IMG/VR virus record: IMGVR_UViG_3300045988_070639
Location: 1-13,220 of that record
Strand: one strand, 5' to 3'
Origin: a virus
DNA length: 13,220 nucleotides
This document shows, one piece after another, positions 5,774 to 12,505 of the stretch (position 1 is its first letter; every line of letters starts with the position of its first letter). The translations under genes and the position numbers were made by a program. The notes beneath the pieces are model-generated. The model was not told the DNA's origin. It saw only the letters and a program-made list of their open reading frames with translations, and did no database searches.

Positions 5774-5937
5774 TAGTGACCCCGTGGGCAAGGACACTCC
5801 CGGAAGGAGGCCCGTGCGGCTGTCCACCGCAGGAACGGGGTCGCGTTATGTGGGAGCGAGTGGCGGCGAGAATGGCGAGCGGTGGGTGCAACTCCCCCGG
5901 CCCACAACCACAAAACGAACATGAAAGGGGCAGAAAT
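5774..5937 (+). ncRNA. Candidate structured RNA or 5' leader with a pRNA-like three-way junction (core 5777-5841)
   Basis: This is a non-coding gap of about 165 nt after a consensus promoter. Hand count gives 96/140 G+C for 5771-5910. Pairings found by hand:
- P1: 5777-5783 with 5835-5841 (7 bp)
- P2: 5785-5788 with 5809-5812
- P3: 5796-5799 with 5805-5808
- P4: 5814-5818 with 5826-5830
- bulge GGACA (5791-5795) is complementary to hairpin loop UGUCC (5820-5824).
No folding program was run. Confidence 0.35.
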
Positions 5938-6141
5938 ATGAATGAAGTTGTGCAGTTGATTACCACATTGATTAGCAATGTGGGATTCCCTATCGCTTGC
6001 GTCTGCTATTTGTTCTATTCCCAGCAAAAGGAACGTGAAGCCCACGCAATCGAAAGCAAGGCATGGGTGGATGCTCTGGACCGGAATACGCAGGTCATGG
6101 AGCGGCTGGAAGGCAAGCTGTCCACCCACAAGGAGGGCTAA
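5938..6141 (+). CDS. Small single-pass membrane protein, YvrJ-like; putative holin or lysis accessory (67 aa)
   Basis: ATG at 5938 follows AAAGGGG (5923-5929). There is one hydrophobic segment, VVQLITTLISNVGFPIACVCYLFY, followed by a charged tail. The N.GFPI...YL pattern recalls the YvrJ family. The gene sits directly upstream of the endolysin. Confidence 0.7.
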   Translation: MNEVVQLITTLISNVGFPIACVCYLFYSQQKEREAHAIESKAWVDALDRNTQVMERLEGKLSTHKEG

Positions 6142-6144
6142 TGT

Positions 6145-6816
6145 ATGCCTAGTATATACATTAGTCCGTCTGACCAAGATAGGAATTACGGATGCGGAAC
6201 CTATGGTAGCGAGATGGAGCAGATGGAGTTGCTGGCGGCAGAAGTCGGCAAGGCTCTGGACCGGTGCGGCGTAAAACACAAAATCTGTTATCATACGGAG
6301 ATGGGCATTGACGGCAGACCCGCCGACTGCGATAAGCTAGGCTATGATTATTATCTGGCCTTACATAGCAACGCAGGTGGGGCGGGAGTTGCCCGTGGAT
6401 GTGTCGCATACTACTATGAGGCCGGGAAGAACCTGGCGAACACGCTTGCATATGCCCTTAGAAAAATCGGTCAGCCGTCTGACCGGTGGGCAAGTGTCCA
6501 GCAGAATAAGACATTTTACGAGTGCCGCATGATGGCGGCAACGTCCGTCCTTTTTGAGGTCGATTTTCACGACACACCCGCCGGGGCCGCTTTTATCATG
6601 GCCCGCCGGGTGGATATTGCGGAAGCTATTGCCGAAAGCATTTGTGCAGAGTTTGGCGTGGACTATGTTCCCCCCAAACAGGAAACGATCAAGGATGTTC
6701 TTTATTGTGTGCAGATGGGCGCATTTAAGAACAAAGCGAACGCCAAAAAGCTGGCGGCGAAAATGAAAAAGGCCGGTTATGACGTTTATATTACCGAAAA
6801 GGAGCGAAATGTATGA
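6145..6816 (+). CDS. Endolysin: N-acetylmuramoyl-L-alanine amidase (Amidase_3 / PF01520-like) with C-terminal SPOR domain (PF05036-like), 223 aa
   Basis: The motifs YISPSDQ..N, GSEMEQ, LALHSNAG and LFEVDFHD match the Amidase_3-like pattern. The C-terminus YCVQMGAFKNKANAKKLAAKMKKAGYDVYI (about 6697-6795) is a typical SPOR signature. SD AAGGAGGG (6130-6137). Confidence 0.85.
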   Translation: MPSIYISPSDQDRNYGCGTYGSEMEQMELLAAEVGKALDRCGVKHKICYHTEMGIDGRPADCDKLGYDYYLALHSNAGGAGVARGCVAYYYEAGKNLANTLAYALRKIGQPSDRWASVQQNKTFYECRMMAATSVLFEVDFHDTPAGAAFIMARRVDIAEAIAESICAEFGVDYVPPKQETIKDVLYCVQMGAFKNKANAKKLAAKMKKAGYDVYITEKERNV

Positions 6817-7136
6817 AAATCGAACAGATTACCGCCCTGAAAGATGCTGGTTTCACCGCTGAACAGATTGTAGCGTTGGCCCCCATTTTGACGGAGGAAC
6901 CCCCGAAGCCGGAACCCCCGAAGCCGGAACCCCCGAAGCCGGAACCCCCGAAGCCGGAGCCGGAGAAGTCCCCCATGGAGGAAATGATGGTTGCCATGCA
7001 TAAACAATTTGAAGATATGTTGAAAGCGGTACAGGGGGCCATGATTAACGGCTCCCGGCAGGCTGAAACCGAAATGACGGCGGCAGACGTTGCCGCTAGT
7101 ATCCTGGACCCCGGCAGAAACCGGGGCAAGAAGTGA
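6813..7136 (+). CDS. Candidate scaffolding protein (107 aa) with (EPPKP)x4 linker
   Basis: A small, acidic protein that looks helical, immediately upstream of the capsid gene, the position of phi29 gp7. ATGA start/stop overlap with the endolysin gene. SD AAAGGAG. Function assigned by synteny only. Confidence 0.55.
   Translation: MKIEQITALKDAGFTAEQIVALAPILTEEPPKPEPPKPEPPKPEPPKPEPEKSPMEEMMVAMHKQFEDMLKAVQGAMINGSRQAETEMTAADVAASILDPGRNRGKK
6896..6958 (+). repeat. Perfect 15-bp tandem repeat, 4.2 copies (GAACCCCCGAAGCCG), encoding EPPKP x4
   Basis: Read directly: units in codon register lie at 6897-6911, 6912-6926, 6927-6941 and 6942-6956, with no substitutions. A degenerate GAGCCGGAGAAG follows. 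Confidence 0.95.
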
Positions 7137-7151
7137 AAGGAGTAAACAGAA

Positions 7152-8321
7152 ATGGCACAGAATGAACTCAATTTCGAACAGGTTAGCACCCTGTTGAAAG
7201 CTACCCTGGCGCAGGTCAGAGGAGCGGAAGCTGTTGGCGAAATTACCACCGCCAACTTTGCAAGCGTCGGCACGACTGCCCTTAAATGTGGGTATGATAA
7301 TTTGCTCAACGCTGTCAGTCAGGTGTTGTCCGCCACATATTTCTCCATTCGACCCTATCGGGGCAAGTTCGGCGGTCTGTATGTGGACAGCCAAAAGTGG
7401 GGCGGTTATACCCGTAAAGTGCAGGTGGTTGACAAGGATCCCGAGAACAATGCGGAGTACACGCTGGCGGACGGTCAGTCCGTAGACATGTACGAAATTC
7501 ATAAGCCCAAGGTTCTCCAGCTTAATTTCTACGGCGGTAACACCTATTCCCGGGATCTGCCCATTTTCAAGGACCAGCTGGACGTGGCATTTTCCAGCCC
7601 CGCCGAACTTGGCCGGTTCTGGGCGATGCTCTACCAGAATCTGGACGATATGGTCCAGCAGGATAAGGAGACGGAGGCACGGCTGGCGGTGCTAAACTTT
7701 ATTGGCGGCAAGATTCAGGGTGATACGGACAACGTTGTCCATCTTGTTACTAAGTATAACGATATTACCGGCAAGACCCTAGACGCCAACACGGTGAGAC
7801 AGCCCGAAAACTGGACGGACTTTTGCCGCTGGATGCTGGGTTATATTCGCACCCTGTCTGAGAAGCTGACGAACCGGACCGTCAAATATCATATCAATGT
7901 AACCGGCAAGCCCATTACCCGGCACACCCCGCTGGACCGACAGAAGGTCTATCTACTCTCCGACGATGCCAACATGATTGACACGACGGTCATGTCCACG
8001 ACCTACAACGAAGACTATCTCAAAGTTGTCGATTATGAGACGGTCAGTTTTTGGCAGAGCATTGACAACCCCGCCGCCATCAATGTTACCCCGTCTTATT
8101 TGGCTCCCGATGGCACTATCGCCACCGCAACTAAGGCAGTCACCGCCGACGTTTTTGGCGTTATCTTTGACGAGGAGGCAATCCGGGCAAGCCTCATCAA
8201 TGAGTGGAGCGGCACGACCCCGCTTAACGCACGTGGCGGTTACAGTGTTCGGTGGGATCATTACACCGTGCGGTGGATGAACGATTTCACAGAAAATGGT
8301 CTGGTCTTGTGTCTGAACTGA
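7152..8321 (+). CDS. Major capsid protein (HK97-fold, phi29 gp8-like without the C-terminal Ig-like domain), 389 aa
   Basis: The gene lies after the scaffold candidate, has a strong SD (AAAGGAG) and is followed by a hairpin. The N-terminal GEITTANFASVGTTAL and C-terminal LNARGGYSVRWDHY..F.EN resemble remembered phi29 gp8 segments (PLATANNVAEVGAGIL; RNPRGLYWNYYYHV..FANA). Confidence 0.78.
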   Translation: MAQNELNFEQVSTLLKATLAQVRGAEAVGEITTANFASVGTTALKCGYDNLLNAVSQVLSATYFSIRPYRGKFGGLYVDSQKWGGYTRKVQVVDKDPENNAEYTLADGQSVDMYEIHKPKVLQLNFYGGNTYSRDLPIFKDQLDVAFSSPAELGRFWAMLYQNLDDMVQQDKETEARLAVLNFIGGKIQGDTDNVVHLVTKYNDITGKTLDANTVRQPENWTDFCRWMLGYIRTLSEKLTNRTVKYHINVTGKPITRHTPLDRQKVYLLSDDANMIDTTVMSTTYNEDYLKVVDYETVSFWQSIDNPAAINVTPSYLAPDGTIATATKAVTADVFGVIFDEEAIRASLINEWSGTTPLNARGGYSVRWDHYTVRWMNDFTENGLVLCLN

Positions 8322-8326
8322 TTGAA

Positions 8327-8351
8327 ATAAGCCCCCTTTATGGGGGCTTAT
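8327..8351 (+). terminator. Strong hairpin after the capsid gene; possible attenuator or partial terminator without a U-tract
   Basis: ATAAGCCCCC (8327-8336) pairs with GGGGGCTTAT (8342-8351) around a TTTAT loop, giving a 10-bp perfect stem. It is followed by AAACAA rather than a T-run. Confidence 0.5.
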
Positions 8352-8367
8352 AAACAAGGGTGATTAT

Positions 8368-9795
8368 ATGGTCAATTTGGTGTTCGAAACTACCGGAAAA
8401 GCGTACAACTCTACACAAATTAAAGACTTCTCGCAATCCACCTGGAGATATGAGGGCGAATTTGTTGAACCTTTTGACATATTGCACCCTGTCGTGAAAT
8501 TGTGGTTGGGAGCCAATGAAGCCGGTGTGTCATATATACCCCGTAATATCAACTATGCGTTCATCCCGGAAACATCCCGGTATTACTGGGTGAGACGTTG
8601 GGAGTATGATTCCGGCATGTGGTTATGCTATCTTGACGTGGACGTATTGGCTACATATCGTAGCACAATTTTGACTTTTAACGCTTATGTCAATCGCTCT
8701 TCCAAATCCACAACCACCAGCATACCCGACTATATCACGCCGGTGCAAGCCGTTGGAGACCAGACCACCACCACATTATTGCCCACATTGGCGGGTAACA
8801 TGGCATACAATCTCAAGGATGGATATTATGTAGTCGGCATACTCAACAGCGATGCGAATAGTGTGGGGTGTGTATCGTACTATGCTTTTGACAACGCAAA
8901 TTTTCGGGCATTTTGCAAAAAGCTGATGGAGTCTCCCAACTGGGCGTTCTCCGGCATTACGGACATTTCTGAAAGTTTGTTCAAAGCCCTATTCAATCCG
9001 CTACAATATATTACAAGTTGCATGTGGTTCCCAACTTTTCCGCAGGGGTTCGCAAATTCAACGTTTTCTATGCCTTTCGGCTGGTGGAATTTCACCGTTA
9101 CCGGATTCCGAATTGGTACAACAACTAGAACGTTTGAATTTGAGTGTACAATGCCACTGCACCCGCAGTTTACTGACCGGGGGCTGTTTGTTGAGACTGC
9201 ACCGTTCACCCTGCGGGATGTGTACTGGGCACCGATTGGGACAATCCCGCTTGACATGAGTTGCAATTACAATACCGATTTGCGATTGCAAGTGCTGATT
9301 GATTTTTGCACCGGTGCTTCCCCCTACAAAATCTACACCGTTGCGGCAAGTGGAGCGACAACGGACCTGTCCGCCGGTAGTGTGCAAATCGGTGTACCGC
9401 TACAGATTGGGCAAATCGTCAATGATTATATTGGAGCCGCTAAAAATGTGCTATCCGCTGTTGGTTCGGGTTTTTCCCTCGACATTGGCGGGGCTGTCAA
9501 CGGCGTTCTCAACGCCGCTGAATCGCTAATCCCCGCACCGTCCACCAGCGGCACAAACGGAAGTGTTGCCGGATTCGCCGAAAATCCCGTACTGCATAGC
9601 CGGTTTTACACTTCTCAAGCCCCGGTGGCTAACGTGGTGGGTTTGCCGTTTGGCGGGTTTGCACAGTTGAGGACACACGCCGGAGGGTATGTACAATGCG
9701 GCACCGTACTAGCTGTTGACAACGGTGTGGGAATGTTCCCGGAGGAAAAACAGGAAATTGTTGCACAGCTTCAAAGCGGGGTGTATTTGGACTAA
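8368..9795 (+). CDS. Tail knob / distal tail tube protein, phi29 gp9-like, 475 aa
   Basis: Three segments resemble remembered phi29 gp9:
- N-terminal RYYWVRRWEYDSGMWLCYLDVDVLATY vs NKWFYAFVTELEF...VHFEIDVLQTW
- an internal Gly/Ala-rich segment, IGAAKNVLSAVGSGFSLDIGGAVNGVLNAA
- C-terminal GYVQCG...EEKQEIVAQLQSGVYL vs NYVQTKD...NDLQEIRTIFDNGITLW
The position after the capsid gene matches phi29. Confidence 0.65.
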   Translation: MVNLVFETTGKAYNSTQIKDFSQSTWRYEGEFVEPFDILHPVVKLWLGANEAGVSYIPRNINYAFIPETSRYYWVRRWEYDSGMWLCYLDVDVLATYRSTILTFNAYVNRSSKSTTTSIPDYITPVQAVGDQTTTTLLPTLAGNMAYNLKDGYYVVGILNSDANSVGCVSYYAFDNANFRAFCKKLMESPNWAFSGITDISESLFKALFNPLQYITSCMWFPTFPQGFANSTFSMPFGWWNFTVTGFRIGTTTRTFEFECTMPLHPQFTDRGLFVETAPFTLRDVYWAPIGTIPLDMSCNYNTDLRLQVLIDFCTGASPYKIYTVAASGATTDLSAGSVQIGVPLQIGQIVNDYIGAAKNVLSAVGSGFSLDIGGAVNGVLNAAESLIPAPSTSGTNGSVAGFAENPVLHSRFYTSQAPVANVVGLPFGGFAQLRTHAGGYVQCGTVLAVDNGVGMFPEEKQEIVAQLQSGVYLD

Positions 9796-10355
9796 TGGCT
9801 ACATTTATCCCACGTCTGGATTCTGACGGAATGTGGCAAAATCCGAAATGGTACGCCGATAATGTGTTTTATACATCCGGCTACGGTTTGCCTAACTGTA
9901 CCTGTTACGCATGGGGCCGCTTTTGGGAAATTGGTGGGGGCCGTCCGGCCCTGCCAACTTCTAACGGCGGCGAGTGGTGGGCAGATGCTCAGGCGAGTGG
10001 CGCATACCGGACCGGACAGGTTGCACAGGTGGGGGCCGTTGCCTGTTATGAGGACCTGGACGGCGGGGCCGGTCATGTGGCAGTCGTTGAGCGGATAAAC
10101 ACGGATGGAACTCTGCTAATTTCGCAATCCGCATGGCGCAGACCCTTGACCGATTATCCCCCGGATATGGAGGGCTATTTCTGGACTAATACCACGGTAG
10201 GGTCTACTAATATGGCGCAATGGTTAATCAATGGCAACTATGCTTTTCAGGGGTTTATATACCACCCCGATTTTCCGCCCGGGCCTACCCCAACGCCCAC
10301 GGGGATTCCGGCGTGGTTGCTTTTCAAGTTTAAGCCGTATATGGTCAAGAGGTGA
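9795..10355 (+). CDS. CHAP-domain peptidoglycan hydrolase (PF05257-like), probably virion/tail-associated, 186 aa
   Basis: The catalytic Cys lies in the context PNCTCYAWGR (Cys codon 9897-9899) and the His in GHVAVVE (10074-10076). The gene is embedded between the tail knob and portal genes, with a TAATG stop/start overlap with the knob gene. Confidence 0.85.
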   Translation: MATFIPRLDSDGMWQNPKWYADNVFYTSGYGLPNCTCYAWGRFWEIGGGRPALPTSNGGEWWADAQASGAYRTGQVAQVGAVACYEDLDGGAGHVAVVERINTDGTLLISQSAWRRPLTDYPPDMEGYFWTNTTVGSTNMAQWLINGNYAFQGFIYHPDFPPGPTPTPTGIPAWLLFKFKPYMVKR

Positions 10356-10362
10356 TACAAAA

Positions 10363-11274
10363 TTGGATTTACCATATTATTACAACTATTCAAACGTCAT
10401 TGACGCAAAAACGTCTCCGTCTGGCGTACACGTTACAAACACCGCCACCGCAACTTTTTTCCGGCGGTACTTGCTTCAAAAGGCTATGAGCGTTTTTGAG
10501 TGGACCATGCCCAAATTTTGGAGCAAAGACTATTTTTTGTATAGTCTATATATCGGTGGTTCCGTTGCGATTATCGAGACGGATAAATATGGAGTGATTC
10601 CACAGGGCGGACAGCCATCCGGCTACAACGTGTTCTATCAGCCCCGGCAGTATTACATTGCAAACCCGCTATTACAGGGCATCAAGTACCCAATTATCAA
10701 CGAGCAATGCACCGTGTTCAAATGTACCCGGGATTGGGGCGGCATTATGGACCTAGTTAGCTTTTACGGGGACTATATGGCACTGGCGGCGCAGGCGATG
10801 GGGGTCAACCTTTTCAATTCCCGTCTAGCCTATGTTTTCGGGGCCAAAAATCAAGCAACTGCCGAAAGTTTTAAAAAGGCTTTTGACCGTGTGGCAAGCG
10901 GTGACCCCGCCGTGGTGGTTGACAAGTCCATGTTCACGGATGACGGCGAGTTTGCCACCCCGTTTTTTGAACAAAATGTTGGACAAAATTACATTTCCGA
11001 CAGGCTGATTGAGGCTCTACTAAATATCGATAATATGTTCTGTACCACGGTTGGGATTCCCAACGCCAACTATAACAAGAGAGAGCGCACGGCTAGTGGT
11101 GAAATTGGTATTAACAATTTTGAAACCCGGTGCATGGCTGACAGTTGGTTGGAGGGCTGGATGGAAAGTTGCGAGAAAACCAAACAGATGTTCGGGATTG
11201 ACATTTCCGTGGATTGGCGGGAAAATAAGGAGGAGTTTGCAAATGTGCTGGAACAGGATGCGCCCAACGGTTAG
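10363..11274 (+). CDS. Portal (upper collar / connector) protein, phi29 gp10-like, 303 aa, TTG start
   Basis: YLLQKAMSVFEWTMPKF resembles YLQSLAYQLFEWENLP. GIPNANYNKRERTASGEIG...SCEKTKQMFGIDISVDWR resembles GIKNANLEKKERMVTDEV...ACEKINELYGLNVKVKFR (phi29 gp10, from memory). TTG at 10363 lies 7 nt after AAGAGGTGA (10346-10354). The resulting length is close to gp10 (309 aa). Confidence 0.85.
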   Translation: MDLPYYYNYSNVIDAKTSPSGVHVTNTATATFFRRYLLQKAMSVFEWTMPKFWSKDYFLYSLYIGGSVAIIETDKYGVIPQGGQPSGYNVFYQPRQYYIANPLLQGIKYPIINEQCTVFKCTRDWGGIMDLVSFYGDYMALAAQAMGVNLFNSRLAYVFGAKNQATAESFKKAFDRVASGDPAVVVDKSMFTDDGEFATPFFEQNVGQNYISDRLIEALLNIDNMFCTTVGIPNANYNKRERTASGEIGINNFETRCMADSWLEGWMESCEKTKQMFGIDISVDWRENKEEFANVLEQDAPNG

Positions 11275-11899
11275 CTATCTGGGTCTGTATAACTACGACC
11301 CTTCACTTTTTGATGATTTTGACCTACCGGACAGCATTCTGGACCGGGGGCTGGATGTATTTGTTGTTGACCTTCTGTCCGAAATTGGACAGCTTGAAGC
11401 CCTCTATCCCAACGCCATCGTATTCAAAAAAATCCTAAAAGCATGGAGCAAAACCCGGATGCCGGAGTGGCAAAGGGTGGAAACCGCTTTAACGGCGGAA
11501 TATAACCCCATTCACAATTTTGACCGCAATGAAGATTATACAGACACAAATACCGAAAAAGAAACAGGAACGAGCAACAGCACGAGCAGTACCGAAAGCA
11601 CAGCGAACGGAACGAACGAAAATAGTGAATCTGTAACGGCATTTAATACGGAAAGTTTTAAGAACCGAACAAAAAATGCCGGGACGGATACCGCCACCAG
11701 CAATGCAAGCGCGACTAACAAAAGTGACAATACGGTAACGAGGGAAACAAACGTGCAACACACGGCGCACCTATACGGCAATATCGGCGTTACCACGTCG
11801 CAACAGATGATCAACGAAGAGTTAGCCATGCGGCGGGGTGATTTGGAGTCGTATATCATTGACGATTTCAAGCACCGGTTTTGTCTGATGGTATATTAG
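11243..11899 (+). CDS. Candidate lower collar / head-tail adaptor (218 aa) with S/T/N-rich central segment
   Basis: The gene follows the portal gene, as phi29 gp11 does. ATG at 11243 lies 8 nt after AAGGAGG (11228-11234) and overlaps the portal gene by 32 nt. The central region of about 74 residues (nt 11537-11758) is dominated by T, S, N and E. Function assigned by synteny only. Confidence 0.5.
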   Translation: MCWNRMRPTVSYLGLYNYDPSLFDDFDLPDSILDRGLDVFVVDLLSEIGQLEALYPNAIVFKKILKAWSKTRMPEWQRVETALTAEYNPIHNFDRNEDYTDTNTEKETGTSNSTSSTESTANGTNENSESVTAFNTESFKNRTKNAGTDTATSNASATNKSDNTVTRETNVQHTAHLYGNIGVTTSQQMINEELAMRRGDLESYIIDDFKHRFCLMVY

Positions 11900-11911
11900 G
11901 AGGTGTAATAA

Positions 11912-12469
11912 ATGGGACTTTTTAATCATTTCCCCTACCCGGACACACACCAGCTTAACCTTGACTGGATTCTTGAGACGGTCAAAGGTTGCATGGATAA
12001 AGTCACAGAGTTATGGACCTACGTCAAGGAGCCGGGATCCGGCATTCAAAAAGCATTGACGGATGCCCAGGCGGCGGCGACTACTGCCCAAACTAGCGCC
12101 GCAGATGCCCAGACGTCTGTAACAAATGCACAAAAGTTTGCTACTGACGCACAGAATCATGCGAACAATGCCGGAGAATCCGCTGATTTGTGCGCCGAAT
12201 ATCTGAACGGTATGCAAGCCATGATGGGCAAGCTATACCCGGTTGGGGCCGTGTATGTCAATTACCGTAACCAAGCGATGCCGGTAGAAAGTGACACCAC
12301 CGTGATTGCAAGGCTCAAAGCGCTGACCGGCGGCACGTGGACAAGAGCCGGGAGCCATGGACAGCCGGTAACAGCGTCCGGGCAAATGGGTTGGGCTACC
12401 GTCATTCTAGGCAATGCGGCTGGCGATGCTGTCGATACCAATTTCAATATTTACGTCCGCACGGCGTAA
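11912..12469 (+). CDS. Short tail fibre / appendage (receptor-binding protein candidate), 185 aa
   Basis: The N-terminus FNHFPYPDTHQLNLDWIL matches a motif I recall at the N-termini of tail-fibre proteins from Gram-positive phages. Six exact heptads ending in AQ (nt 12050-12175) suggest a coiled coil. A small C-terminal domain reads YPVGAVYVNY...GGTW. SD AGGAGGTG (11898-11905). Confidence 0.65.
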   Translation: MGLFNHFPYPDTHQLNLDWILETVKGCMDKVTELWTYVKEPGSGIQKALTDAQAAATTAQTSAADAQTSVTNAQKFATDAQNHANNAGESADLCAEYLNGMQAMMGKLYPVGAVYVNYRNQAMPVESDTTVIARLKALTGGTWTRAGSHGQPVTASGQMGWATVILGNAAGDAVDTNFNIYVRTA

Positions 12470-12505
12470 TAATTGCCCCCGGCCAGAAACCGGGGGCTAT
12501 TATTA
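12467..12505. terminator. Bidirectional intrinsic terminator between convergent genes
   Basis: GCCCCCGG (12475-12482) pairs with CCGGGGGC (12490-12497) around a 7-nt loop. The stem is extended by TAATAAT / ATTATTA arms, which contain the stop codons of both convergent genes. Confidence 0.75.

Noticed and set aside
5849-5886. A G-rich tract (GGG/GG runs) as a possible G-quadruplex.
   Set aside because: Only two GGG runs are present and the rest are GG, with irregular loops. Ordinary helices with the downstream C-rich segment explain the composition equally well.
5740-5937. An N-terminal extension of the small membrane protein: the 133-aa ORF from ATG 5740, or a 97-aa version from ATG 5847.
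   Set aside because: ATG 5740 lies inside the -35 box of the promoter. The extension is low-complexity (Gly/Pro/Arg-rich), consistent with GC-rich non-coding sequence, and has no good SD. ATG 5938 has AAAGGGG at correct spacing and yields a typical YvrJ-sized protein.
6896-6958. That the regular short repeats could be a CRISPR-like array.
   Set aside because: The units are contiguous 15-mers with no spacers, are in frame, and lie inside a CDS. This is a coding tandem repeat.
6786-7502. Long antisense ORFs, such as 6786-7502 (238 aa), 5572-6294 (240 aa), 4157-4660 (167 aa), 7953-8357 and 8880-9266, all on the - strand.
   Set aside because: They are shadow ORFs opposite well-supported + strand genes. 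They have no SD or promoter, and their composition is low-complexity or repeat-derived (for example the GFRLR repeats mirroring the EPPKP repeat).
8322-8367. A possible internal promoter ahead of the tail genes (TTGAAA ... TATAAA).
   Set aside because: The spacer between the hexamers would be about 21 nt, and the region is occupied by the 10-bp hairpin. It is more likely an attenuator or RNA-stability element than a promoter.
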